A DNA stretch of 38,932 nucleotides from Solirubrobacteraceae bacterium (GTDB lineage: Bacteria; Actinomycetota; Thermoleophilia; Solirubrobacterales; Solirubrobacteraceae): NCBI GenBank assembly GCA_036394235.1, contig DASWFM010000103.1, positions 1-38,932 on the forward strand. Direction: 5' to 3'. Of the stretch, positions 1 to 8,347 are shown one piece after another (positions within the stretch are counted from its first letter, which is position 1; each line of letters opens with the position of its first letter). The position numbers were made by a program, and so were the translations under genes. The notes beneath the pieces were generated by a model, which worked only from the letters and a program-made list of their open reading frames with translations, had not been told where the DNA came from and ran no database searches.

Positions 1-2
1 AC

Positions 3-290
3 CTGATCGACTCCGAGGTCGCGAACGGGCTACGCCGCCGAGTTGCGATCGGGGTGGTGGGGAAGGAGGAGGGGCGGGTGATCGTGAGCACCTGGCAGGC
101 GCTCGGCATCATCCGCTATCCCGCCGTCGCAATGCTCGGGCGGATCTGGGAGCTGCGGGAGAACCTCTCGGCCTACGACGCGACGTACGTCGCACTCGCC
201 GAGGCTCTCGACTGCCCGCTCGTCACGGCCGACAAGCGCTTGAGCCGAGCCGCCGGGATCGGCTGCTCGGTCACGACCGTACCGAGCTGA
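3..290 (+). CDS. vapC: PIN-domain (VapC-family) toxin, 5' end outside the window
   Basis: The frame is open from base 3: LIDSEVANGLRRRV...IWELRENLSAYDATYVALAEALDCPLVTADKRL. The 'E(V)..', 'YDA.YVALAE' and 'L.T.D.RL' motifs are typical of PIN ribonucleases. Confidence 0.9.
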   Translation: MIDSEVANGLRRRVAIGVVGKEEGRVIVSTWQALGIIRYPAVAMLGRIWELRENLSAYDATYVALAEALDCPLVTADKRLSRAAGIGCSVTTVPS

Positions 291-295
291 GCCGC

Positions 296-353
296 CAACG
301 CTCACCCGGCTGCTTGCCGGGGTACTGCGAGACCGGCTGGCGCAGGTCGATCG
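296..353 (-). repeat. Direct-repeat copy of the 3' end of kgd (matches 1176..1233)
   Basis: Manual alignment of 296..353 with 1176..1233 (offset 880 bp) gives 54/58 identity, with mismatches at 298, 318, 328 and 333. The minus strand reads IDLRQPVSQYPGKQPGERW versus Kgd IDLRQPISQYPRKQPGER*. Confidence 0.95.
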
Positions 354-460
354 ACCGCCTCGCGGAGCCCAGCACGGCCGTCGAGGAGGCTCTCACGCTT
401 GCCGGCGAGCTCGCGCCGACGGACGGCTCGGGATGGGCCTCTGTGTGTTACGGTATGGCC

Positions 461-700
461 ATGAGACTGCACATAACGCTCGAGGACGACCTCGTCGCCC
501 GCCTCGACCGCCACGTGGGCCGTCGCCGCCGCAGCGCCTTCATCTCCCAGACGATTCGCAAGGCTCTCGACGGCGAGAGCCGCTGGCAGGACATCGAAGC
601 AAGCCTTGGAGCCCTCGCCGAGCAACAGCATGAATGGGACAGCGACCCTGACCTGTGGGTACGAGCGCAACGCAGCGCTGACGCCGGTCGGCTCGGATGA
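461..700 (+). CDS. vapB: Ribbon-helix-helix/CopG-type antitoxin (VapB-like)
   Basis: MRLHITLEDDLVARLDRHVGRRRRSAFISQTIRKAL is an RHH pattern, and the ORF lies directly upstream of a PIN gene. TACGGT at 449..454 is 6 nt before the ATG at 461 (alternative ATG at 455). Confidence 0.85.
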   Translation: MRLHITLEDDLVARLDRHVGRRRRSAFISQTIRKALDGESRWQDIEASLGALAEQQHEWDSDPDLWVRAQRSADAGRLG

Positions 701-703
701 CGC

Positions 704-1093
704 TTGCCGCTGCTCCTCGACACGACGGTCCTGATCGACGCTCTGCGCGGACGCCCCGCGGCCGAGCGGCTCCGTGAGCTGCACCCGATCTCCTCGCCGC
801 CGTGGATCTGCGCGGTCAACGTCGAGGAGGTGATGCGCGGGACGCTGCCGGGCGAGGAGGCTGTGGTGCTGCGGTTCCTGCGGAGCATGCGCCTCGCCCC
901 GCTCGGCGCGGGACAGGGGGAGCTCGCAGGCCGCTGGCGCAGGGACTACGCGCGACAGGGCGTAACGCTCAGCCAGGCAGACTGCCTGATCGCCGCCGCA
1001 GCGGTGGGTGTGGGAGCGCGGCTCGCGAGCGGCGACCCGAAGCACTTCCCGATGGCGGAGTTGACGGTGGAGCGCTGGCCCGTCGGCGCGTGA
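704..1093 (+). CDS. vapC: PIN-domain (VapC-family) toxin
   Basis: LLLDTTVLID, 'VNVEEV', 'SQADCLIAAAA' and 'LASGDPKHF' supply the acidic PIN catalytic residues. It starts 3 nt after the antitoxin stop. Confidence 0.92.
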   Translation: MPLLLDTTVLIDALRGRPAAERLRELHPISSPPWICAVNVEEVMRGTLPGEEAVVLRFLRSMRLAPLGAGQGELAGRWRRDYARQGVTLSQADCLIAAAAVGVGARLASGDPKHFPMAELTVERWPVGA

Positions 1094-1103
1094 GCGCGCG
1101 CCG

Positions 1104-1175
1104 CTAGCCCCGTAGGCGCTTCTTGCGTCGCCGCTGGGCCCAGATCAGGCGGAACCGCCGCCACAGGGCGCCCAT
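1104..1175 (-). CDS. Putative 23-aa Arg/Trp-rich microprotein coupled to kgd
   Basis: Its ATG overlaps the kgd stop (TGATG). It translates as MGALWRRFRLIWAQRRRKKRLRG*, with G/C at nearly all third positions. It is below the ORF-track cutoff. Confidence 0.45.
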   Translation of the reverse strand: MGALWRRFRLIWAQRRRKKRLRG

Positions 1176-4100
1176 CAGCGCTCACCCGGCTGCTTGCGGG
1201 GGTACTGGGAGATCGGCTGGCGCAGGTCGATCGCGGTGGTGACGATGCGGTTCTGTTCGGAGGCGTGGGCCGCCGGGTAGCCCTCGCCCGGGCTCGCCCG
1301 CTCGGGCCGCCCGATGTAGCCGAAGTGCATCTCCGGCGGCAGGATCTGCATCAGCCGCGGGAACATGTGAGCGCGGGCACCCATGTTGCGGGGCTCCTCC
1401 TGGACCCACAGCACCTCGCGCAGGTTCGGGTAGCGAGCCATCAGCGCCAGGAGCTGGCCTTCCGGGAACGGGTAGAGGAGCTCGACGCGGGCGACCGCGA
1501 GGCCGGTGTGCGAGGCGCGTTCGGGATGGCCGACGAGGTCGTAGTAGATCTTGCCCGTGCAGAGCACGAGCCGCGTGACCTGCCCGTCCTCGACGCCCGG
1601 CTCGGCGAGCACCGGGTGGAACCGTGTGCCCTCCGCCATCTCCGCGACCGAGCTGGCCGCCTGCGGCAGCCGCAGCAGCGACTTGGGCGTCATCACGATC
1701 AGCGGCCGCTGCTTGGCGATGCGCGCTTGGCGGCGCAGCAGGTGGAAGTACTGGGCCGGGGTGGTCGGGCTGGCGACGCGGATGTTCCCCTCGGCCGCCA
1801 GCGCGAGGAAGCGCTCGAGCCGCGCCGAGGAGTGCTCTGGGCCGGAGCCCTCGTAGCCGTGGGGCAGCAGCAGCGTCAGCCGTGAGGTCTGCCCCCACTT
1901 CGCGAGGCCCGAGACGATGAACTGGTCGATGATCACCTGGGCGCCGTTGACGAAGTCGCCGAACTGGGCCTCCCACAGCACGAGCGTCTCCGGCGCCTCC
2001 TGGCTGTAGCCGTACTCGAAGCCCATGCAGGCGAGCTCGGAGAGCGGGCTGTTGTGGAGCTCGAGCGGCGCCGAGGCGTCGGGCAGGTTCTGGATCGGGC
2101 AGACGGTCTGGCCGGTCTTCGCGTCGTGCAGCACCATGTGGCGCTGGCTGAACGTGCCGCGCTCGGTGTCCTGGCCGGTGAGCCGCACCGGCGTGCCCTC
2201 GGTCAACAGCGAGGCGAAGGCCAGCGCCTCTGCATGTGCCCAGTCGATCTCATGTCCCGGCGAGGCCAGCGCCTCGCGGCGGCGGTCGAGCTGTTTGACC
2301 AGCTTCGGGTGCACGGTGAAGCCCTCAGGCGCGCGCAGCAGCTGCTCGCCGAGCTCCCGCAGGCGCGCCGCCGGCACGGCCGTGTCGACGTCCGGGCTGG
2401 GCGAGCGGTCGAGCTGGTACTCGCCGGTCGCATGCTTGCCGCCGTGCTCCGCGACCTCGGCGATCTTCGTCTTCAGACGCTGGTGCAGCAGGGTCAGGTT
2501 GTCCCATACCTCCTGGTCCTGTTTCTCGAGCTCCTCCTGCGTGACGACCCCTTCGGCGACCAGCCTTTCGCCCCACAGTTCCGCGACGCGCTTCTTGTTC
2601 TTGATTTTCGCGTAGCTCTCCGGCTGCGTGTAAGCGGGCTCGTCAGACTCGTTGTGGCCGAAGCGCCGGTAGCCGATCAGGTCGATCAGCACGTCGTGGC
2701 CGAACTCCTGACGGAACGCGAACGCCAGGCGCACCGCGCTCGTACAGGCCGGCACGTCGTCGGCGTTGACGTGGATGATCGGAACGTCGAAGCCCTTCGC
2801 GAGGTCCGAGGCCCAGCGCGTCGAGCGAGCATCGTCGGGATCGGTCGTGAAGCCGATCTGGTTGTTCATGATCAGGTGGACCGTGCCGCCGACCTTGTAG
2901 CCGTCGAGGCCCTGCAGGTTGAGGGTCTCCGGCACGACCCCCTGGGCCGGGAACGAGGCGTCGCCGTGGATCACGATCGGCACGGCCGAGTTCGTGTCCT
3001 GGTGGGCGTGAGGACCGCGGCGGGAGGTCTGCGCGGCGCGCGTGGCGCCCTCAACGACCGCGGAGACGAACTCGAGGTGGCTCGGGTTCGACTCCAGGTT
3101 CACGCGGATCGTGCCGCCGTCGGGCAGGTTGTAGGTGCCCTGCGTGCCGTGGTGATACTTGACGTCGCCCGTCCCGCCCTGCGGGATCGTCGTGACCACC
3201 TCGAGCGTCGAGGCACCCTCGAACTCGGCGAAGATCGTGTCGTAGGCGCGACCCAGGTTGTGCGCGAGCACATTCAGGCGGCCACGATGGGCCATGCCGA
3301 TCACGACCTCCTGTCCACCGTGCGCGGCGGACAGCTGGATCAACTCGTCGAGCATCGGCACGGTCATGTCGAGGCCCTCGATCGAGAACTGGTGCTGTCC
3401 CAGGTAGGCCTTGTGCATGAAGCGCTCGAGCGCATCGACCTCGACCAGGCGCTTGAGCAGCGCGCGGCGCTCGTCGCTGGTCAGATCGTGGCGGAAGGCT
3501 CCGGACTCGATGTGCTCACGCAGCCACACCCGCTGGCGGTGGGAGGCGATGTGCTCGATCTCGTAGGCGATCGTGCCGCAGTAGGTCTCCCGCAGGTGCG
3601 GCAGCGCGTCGGCCAGGGTCGCACCCGGGACGTACATCTGGAACAGCTTCGCGGGAATGCGCGCCTGCAGCTCTCCTGTCAGGCCCAATGCTTCGGGGTC
3701 GAGCCCCGGGTCGCCTTCCGATTCGAAGCCGAGCGGGTCGAGGCGCGCCGCCAGGTGTCCATGGCTGCGCACGCGATGCACATAGGTCGTGGCTGCCTGT
3801 ACGGCTCGCAGCATCTCCTCGTTGGCGGCCTCGGCCGAGGGCGCCGCTGCCGGCACGATCGCCGCGGCGGCCGCCGGAGCCGGTGGCTGGGGAGACGGGC
3901 CGAGCTCGACGCCGAGCGATGCGAAGACGCCCTCGTAGAACTCGTGCTCGCCCTGGAGGTGCTCCTCGATCAATGCGAGAAAGCGGCCCGACTCCGCGCC
4001 CTGGATGATCCGGTGGTCATAAGTCGAGGTCATCGTCATGACCTTCTCCGCGCCGATCATCGAGCCGATCGACGCGAGTCCGGGCGGGTAGGCGATCGCG

Positions 4101-5572
4101 CCGGTGGCGATGATCGTGCCCTGTCCGTTCATCAGCCGAGGAACTGAGGCGATCGTGCCGATCCCGCCGGGGTTCGTGAGCGTGATGTTGCCGCCGACGA
4201 GGTCGTCTGCGGTGAGCGAGTTGGTCCTCGCCTTCTCGACCAGTGCGTCGTACGCGTCGAGGAACTCGTCGAAGCCCATCGTTCCCGCGGCGGAGATGAC
4301 CGGCACCATCAGCGTCCGCGAACCGTCCTTCTTCTCGACGTCGACCGCCAGCCCGAGGTTGACCTGGCCGTCGAGGACGCGGTGCGGCTTGCCGTCCACC
4401 TCCTCGAAGTGATTGGCCATCACCGGCATCTGCTCGGCGGCCTTGGCAATCGCGTAGGCGATCAGATGCGTGAAGGAGACCTTGCGGGAGCCCGCCTTCA
4501 GCTGCTGGCGGCGGCCGTCGAGCATCGTCACCGTCACCGAGCGGAAGCTCGTGGCCGTGGGGATCGAGCGCGACTGCTCCATGTAGCGCGCCAGCGCCGC
4601 GGCGCTCCCCTTTATCAACTGCGATTCGCCGCCCGCGGGCGCCTGCGTGGCAGTCGCGGCGCCGTTGCCGCCGGCCGCGGCCAGCACGTCGGACTTCGTG
4701 ATGCGCCCGTCCCGGCCGCTGCCGGCGACCGCCCCGAGGTCGACTCCCTCGACAGCTGCGACGCGTGCAGCCACGGGCGAGACACCGGCTGGCGTCGACG
4801 CGGTCGCGGCCTCGGCGGGCGGGCTGCTCGCTGCCGTGGTCCCGTTACCCGACGCATCGCCGCCGTCGCTCGGCGCGCCGTCGCCGGCGCGGACCGCGAT
4901 CCGGGCGATGACCTGTCCCACCGTCACCGTGTCGCCCTCGGCGACGAGGATCTCCGTGACCGTGCCGCTCGCCGGAGAGGGGAGCTCCAGATCGACCTTG
5001 TCGGTGGAGATCTCGACGATCGTGTCGTTGGCCTTGATCGCGCCGCCGACCTCGACGTGCCATTCGAGGATCGTTCCCTCGCTGACCGACTCTCCGGCGG
5101 CGGGCGTGAGGACGTCGACGATGCTCGTCGCCTCTCCGGGCTTCGCTGCGGGAGGCGCCGGAGGGGGAGGGGCAGCGGTCTTGGCGCCGTTCCCGTCGCC
5201 CGCCGTCGGCGCGCCTTGCTGCGCCGCGTCGGCCTCGCCGTCGGGCGCCCCGTCGGCCTCCCCGTCAGGCTCTCGCTGTCCGCTCGGCGCTCCAGCGGCG
5301 GGGGTGCCGCCGCCGACCGCGATCCGTGCGATCACCTGGCCGACCGTCACGGTGTCATCCTCGGCGACGAGCAGCTCGATTACGGTGCCGGTGGCCGGCG
5401 CGGGCAGCTCGACGTCGACCTTGTCGGTCGAGATCTCGACGATCGTCTCGTCCGCCTTGATCTCATCGCCGACCTTGACGTGCCATTCGAGGATCGTGCC
5501 CTCTGTCACGGACTCCCCGGCCGCGGGGGTCACGACGTCCACTATCTGCTGGGTCGTCGTGTCCGTCGCCAT
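1175..5572 (-). CDS. kgd: Multifunctional 2-oxoglutarate dehydrogenase E2-E1 fusion (2 lipoyl domains + E3-binding domain + succinyltransferase + ThDP E1)
   Basis: Two EISTDKVD(V/L)ELP lipoyl motifs, a PSBD 'GSGRDGRITKSDV', the E2 motif 'TYDHRIIQGAESG', and the E1 motifs 'GMAHRGRLN', 'GDVKYH', 'HGDA', 'WEAQFGDF' and 'LPHGYEGSGPEHSSAR'. Confidence 0.96.
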   Translation of the reverse strand: MATDTTTQQIVDVVTPAAGESVTEGTILEWHVKVGDEIKADETIVEISTDKVDVELPAPATGTVIELLVAEDDTVTVGQVIARIAVGGGTPAAGAPSGQREPDGEADGAPDGEADAAQQGAPTAGDGNGAKTAAPPPPAPPAAKPGEATSIVDVLTPAAGESVSEGTILEWHVEVGGAIKANDTIVEISTDKVDLELPSPASGTVTEILVAEGDTVTVGQVIARIAVRAGDGAPSDGGDASGNGTTAASSPPAEAATASTPAGVSPVAARVAAVEGVDLGAVAGSGRDGRITKSDVLAAAGGNGAATATQAPAGGESQLIKGSAAALARYMEQSRSIPTATSFRSVTVTMLDGRRQQLKAGSRKVSFTHLIAYAIAKAAEQMPVMANHFEEVDGKPHRVLDGQVNLGLAVDVEKKDGSRTLMVPVISAAGTMGFDEFLDAYDALVEKARTNSLTADDLVGGNITLTNPGGIGTIASVPRLMNGQGTIIATGAIAYPPGLASIGSMIGAEKVMTMTSTYDHRIIQGAESGRFLALIEEHLQGEHEFYEGVFASLGVELGPSPQPPAPAAAAAIVPAAAPSAEAANEEMLRAVQAATTYVHRVRSHGHLAARLDPLGFESEGDPGLDPEALGLTGELQARIPAKLFQMYVPGATLADALPHLRETYCGTIAYEIEHIASHRQRVWLREHIESGAFRHDLTSDERRALLKRLVEVDALERFMHKAYLGQHQFSIEGLDMTVPMLDELIQLSAAHGGQEVVIGMAHRGRLNVLAHNLGRAYDTIFAEFEGASTLEVVTTIPQGGTGDVKYHHGTQGTYNLPDGGTIRVNLESNPSHLEFVSAVVEGATRAAQTSRRGPHAHQDTNSAVPIVIHGDASFPAQGVVPETLNLQGLDGYKVGGTVHLIMNNQIGFTTDPDDARSTRWASDLAKGFDVPIIHVNADDVPACTSAVRLAFAFRQEFGHDVLIDLIGYRRFGHNESDEPAYTQPESYAKIKNKKRVAELWGERLVAEGVVTQEELEKQDQEVWDNLTLLHQRLKTKIAEVAEHGGKHATGEYQLDRSPSPDVDTAVPAARLRELGEQLLRAPEGFTVHPKLVKQLDRRREALASPGHEIDWAHAEALAFASLLTEGTPVRLTGQDTERGTFSQRHMVLHDAKTGQTVCPIQNLPDASAPLELHNSPLSELACMGFEYGYSQEAPETLVLWEAQFGDFVNGAQVIIDQFIVSGLAKWGQTSRLTLLLPHGYEGSGPEHSSARLERFLALAAEGNIRVASPTTPAQYFHLLRRQARIAKQRPLIVMTPKSLLRLPQAASSVAEMAEGTRFHPVLAEPGVEDGQVTRLVLCTGKIYYDLVGHPERASHTGLAVARVELLYPFPEGQLLALMARYPNLREVLWVQEEPRNMGARAHMFPRLMQILPPEMHFGYIGRPERASPGEGYPAAHASEQNRIVTTAIDLRQPISQYPRKQPGER
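4890..5548 (-). repeat. Internal duplication of the lipoyl domain in kgd (~4890..5122 and ~5315..5548)
   Basis: Two near-identical protein segments, IVDV(V/L)TPAAGESV(T/S)EGTILEWHV.VG..IKA..TIVEISTDKVD.ELP.PA.GTV.E.LVAE.DTVTVGQVIARIAV, with high DNA identity and an Ala/Pro/Gly linker between them. Confidence 0.9.
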
Positions 5573-5660
5573 CGATTTACCACTCTAGCGTTCCGGCGGG
5601 GCCGGGGGACGGGTTCCCCGGGCCCCCTGCAAGCCCGCTTTCGAGGTGTGAAAAGCCCCT

Positions 5661-5957
5661 TCAAGCGCTCGTCGCGCGACCCGCCCGCCGAGCTTCTCTG
5701 ACGAACTCATAGCTACCGAAGAACGGCCCGATGCCTCCCAGCACGACGACCGCGACGGCGAGTCGCAGCGAGACGATCCGCAGCCGCGCCGCGGCCAGGC
5801 AGGCGAGCGACATGCCGATCCACAGCAGGCCGTGAGTGAGCCCGAGGATGAACGTCTCCGGCTGCGGCCCGCCCAGTGCAAAGGCGCTGATCAGCAGCGC
5901 CAGGTACACACACGAATGGGTGAAGGAGGCGGCCTTCAGGCGCCCGAAGGTGAGCAC
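5661..5957 (-). CDS. Small integral membrane protein (DUF3817-like)
   Basis: GTG at 5957: VLTFGRLKAASFTHSCVYLALLISAF...GLTHGLLWIGM...IGPFFGSYEF. It has three hydrophobic segments with the 'HG' and 'PF' pattern of this family. Confidence 0.7.
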   Translation of the reverse strand: MLTFGRLKAASFTHSCVYLALLISAFALGGPQPETFILGLTHGLLWIGMSLACLAAARLRIVSLRLAVAVVVLGGIGPFFGSYEFVREARRAGRATSA

Positions 5958-5980
5958 CCCGGCGGCGGTCCGCCGCGCGC

Positions 5981-6658
5981 TCACATCGTCAGCCAGCGGG
6001 CCATCCGTGGCAGCGTCTCGCCGGCCTCCGCGGGCCAGGCGTCGATCTCCGACGGCCACCAGGCGAACTCGTCGTGCTCGTCGTCGGGCTGCACCATCCC
6101 CTCCACTCCCTCGGCCAGCCACGCCTGCCCGACGAACATCACGAGGTTCTGGGGCAGCCGCAACAGCGCTTCGCCGCGAACCCGCTCGGGCGCAACCGCC
6201 CACTCCTCCTCGAGCTCTCGCAGGAGAGTGTCGGCGGGGCTCTCGCCGACGTCCACTGCGCCCCCGGCGCCGAGTGCCCACCGGCCGGCCCAGGAGGAGA
6301 CCCACGGGGCGCGGCGCCCGGCCAGCCAGCGACCGTCCGCGGCGCGTGTCACGCACAGCGCAGCCATGCTGCAGGAGGCGTCGCCGGCGACAAGGCGCAG
6401 GGCCCAGCGCAGCGGCTGCATCTCGATCGCGATGCCCTCGGCGTCCTGGGAAAAGTCGACGAGTCGCGCCGCGACGCCGTCGTGGCTCGGCGAGCCGCGA
6501 CTCTGCAAGAGCCTGATCGCCTCGTCGGCCGCCTCGGTCTGCGCGGAGGAGGGGTGATAGGGCTGATCCAGCCACCGTGCTCTGATCTGGTGCATCTCCC
6601 ATGGGCCCCGGGCGAGGATCTCGGGCGCCTGGCTGCTCTGCTCGGCCGTCTCTGACAC
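5981..6658 (-). CDS. NUDIX hydrolase
   Basis: Nudix box 'GGAVDVGESPADTLLRELEEEW' preceded by 'WAGRW'. Start taken at GTG 6658, with TAGCCT 10 nt upstream. Confidence 0.85.
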   Translation of the reverse strand: MSETAEQSSQAPEILARGPWEMHQIRARWLDQPYHPSSAQTEAADEAIRLLQSRGSPSHDGVAARLVDFSQDAEGIAIEMQPLRWALRLVAGDASCSMAALCVTRAADGRWLAGRRAPWVSSWAGRWALGAGGAVDVGESPADTLLRELEEEWAVAPERVRGEALLRLPQNLVMFVGQAWLAEGVEGMVQPDDEHDEFAWWPSEIDAWPAEAGETLPRMARWLTM

Positions 6659-6751
6659 AGCTCGGGACAGGCTAGTGAAAGCGCCCGGCCCCCGGCGACC
6701 GTCCCCCCGTGCGCGCCGGCCGGTGCGGCCGGCGATCCATACACTCGCGGC

Positions 6752-8347
6752 GTGAACGGCCGCAGACGCAAGCATTGGGGATGGGGCTTCGAGGACCAGC
6801 AGCCGACGCTGGAGCAGGCCCGCGCGGCCGTCCCGGTGCTCTCGGAGAGGCTGCGCATCGCGGTCGAGGAGGTCGAGGAGCCGGTCGCACTCGAGCAGGT
6901 CGTGCTCGCGCCGCCCCGCGTGGCGATCCCGCCGGAGCTCGCGGAGCTCTGCACGGCCGACGCTCACGCGCGAGCCTCGCACGCCCTCGGCAAGTCCTAC
7001 ACGGACGTCGTGCGCGGCTTTCGCGGCAGCTTCGAGAGCCCGCCGGACTTCGTCGTGCGGCCGCGCGGCGAGCAGGACCTCGAACGGATCCTCGAGTGGT
7101 GCTCCTCCGCGAGGGTTGCCGCGATCCCCTTCGGCGGCGGCACGTCGGTGGTCGGCGGCGTGACGCCGCAGGCCGGCCCCGGCCAGAACGGCGCCGTCTC
7201 GATCGACCTCGCCGCGCTGGACGGCCTGCTCGAGCTCGACGACATCTCGCGCTCTGCGCGGATCGGAGCAGGGACCACGGGTCCGGCCCTCGAGGCGGCC
7301 CTCGCCGAGCGGGGAATGACACTTCGGCACTTCCCGCAGTCGTTCGAGTACTCCACGCTCGGCGGCTGGATCGCAACGCGGGCGGGAGGGCACTTCGCGA
7401 CCCTTTGGACCCACATCGAGGACTTCCTCGAGTCCGCGCGGGCGATCACCCCTGCGGGCGCCTGGGAGTCGCGCCGCCTCCCCGGCTCCGGAGCAGGACC
7501 GAGTCCCGATCGCCTGCTGGCCGGCTCGGAGGGGATCCTCGGCGTGATCACGAGCGCGTGGGTGCGCGTGCAGCCGAGGCCACGGCATCGCGCCTCAGCC
7601 GGGCTGCGCTTCGAGACCTTCCTGGGCGGTGCCGATTGCGTCCGGGAGCTCTCGCAGTCGGGTCTTCACCCGTCGAACTGCCGGCTCTTGGATGCCGGCG
7701 AGGCGGGCCTCACGATGGCGGGCGACGGCAATCACGCGCTGCTCGTGCTCGGCTTCGAGTCGACCGACCATCCAGTTGAGGAGGCGATGGAACGGGCCCT
7801 TGCGATCTGCGACGAGCACGGGGGAGCAGTGGCGCCCCGCCGCGGAGACGCGGGCGGAGATGCCGTGGAGTCGTGGCGGGGCGCGTTCATCGGCGCCCCC
7901 TACGTCCGCGACCTGCTGGTGGCGATGGGCGTGATCAGCGAGACCTTCGAGACGGCAATCACCTGGGAGCGCTTCCCGGCGCTCCATGCGCGGGTAATGG
8001 AGACGGCCCGTGAGGCTGTACGCGAGGCCTGTGGCGAGGGAGGGAGCGTCTTCTGCCGCTTCACCCACGTCTACCCCGACGGCCCGGCGCCCTATTTCAC
8101 CGTGCTGGCGCCCGCCAGGCGCGGCGAGGAGATCGAGCAGTGGAGCTCGATCAAGCGCGCCGTCTCCGAGGTGCTGATCGAGCAGGGCGCGACGATCACC
8201 CACCACCACGCTGTGGGCCGGGATCACAGACCCTGGTATGACCGCCAGCGTCCGGATCCCTTCGCGGCGGCGCTGCGCGGCGCGAAGGCGGCACTCGATC
8301 CGGCGGGTGTGATGAACCCCGGCGTGCTCCTGGACGCGCTGGGGTGA
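6752..8347 (+). CDS. FAD-binding oxidoreductase, alkyl-dihydroxyacetone-phosphate synthase-like
   Basis: 'PFGGGTSVVGG', 'RHFPQSFEYSTLGGWIATR', 'GSEGILGVIT', 'THVYPDG', 'THHHAVG' and 'LDPAGVMNPG'. Confidence 0.9.
   Translation: MNGRRRKHWGWGFEDQQPTLEQARAAVPVLSERLRIAVEEVEEPVALEQVVLAPPRVAIPPELAELCTADAHARASHALGKSYTDVVRGFRGSFESPPDFVVRPRGEQDLERILEWCSSARVAAIPFGGGTSVVGGVTPQAGPGQNGAVSIDLAALDGLLELDDISRSARIGAGTTGPALEAALAERGMTLRHFPQSFEYSTLGGWIATRAGGHFATLWTHIEDFLESARAITPAGAWESRRLPGSGAGPSPDRLLAGSEGILGVITSAWVRVQPRPRHRASAGLRFETFLGGADCVRELSQSGLHPSNCRLLDAGEAGLTMAGDGNHALLVLGFESTDHPVEEAMERALAICDEHGGAVAPRRGDAGGDAVESWRGAFIGAPYVRDLLVAMGVISETFETAITWERFPALHARVMETAREAVREACGEGGSVFCRFTHVYPDGPAPYFTVLAPARRGEEIEQWSSIKRAVSEVLIEQGATITHHHAVGRDHRPWYDRQRPDPFAAALRGAKAALDPAGVMNPGVLLDALG

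Noticed and set aside
314..460. N-terminal extension of the antitoxin ORF (track start 314)
   Set aside because: It runs through the antisense kgd-tail copy. The RHH domain and the -10 signal support a start at 455/461.
291..1175. Integron cassette array (attC sites) or IS element as the explanation for the TA modules
   Set aside because: No attC-like GTTRRRY/RYYYAAC-bounded palindromes, terminal inverted repeats, integrase or transposase are visible. The only repeat is the kgd tail.
2054..4147. 697-aa plus-strand ORF, and similar long ORFs at 4382..5701, 15953..17368, 25073..26737, 28251..29870, 31489..33273 and 33722..35191
   Set aside because: These are antisense or alternate-frame shadows of well-supported genes, expected from stop-codon scarcity at high GC. 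They show no recognisable motifs.
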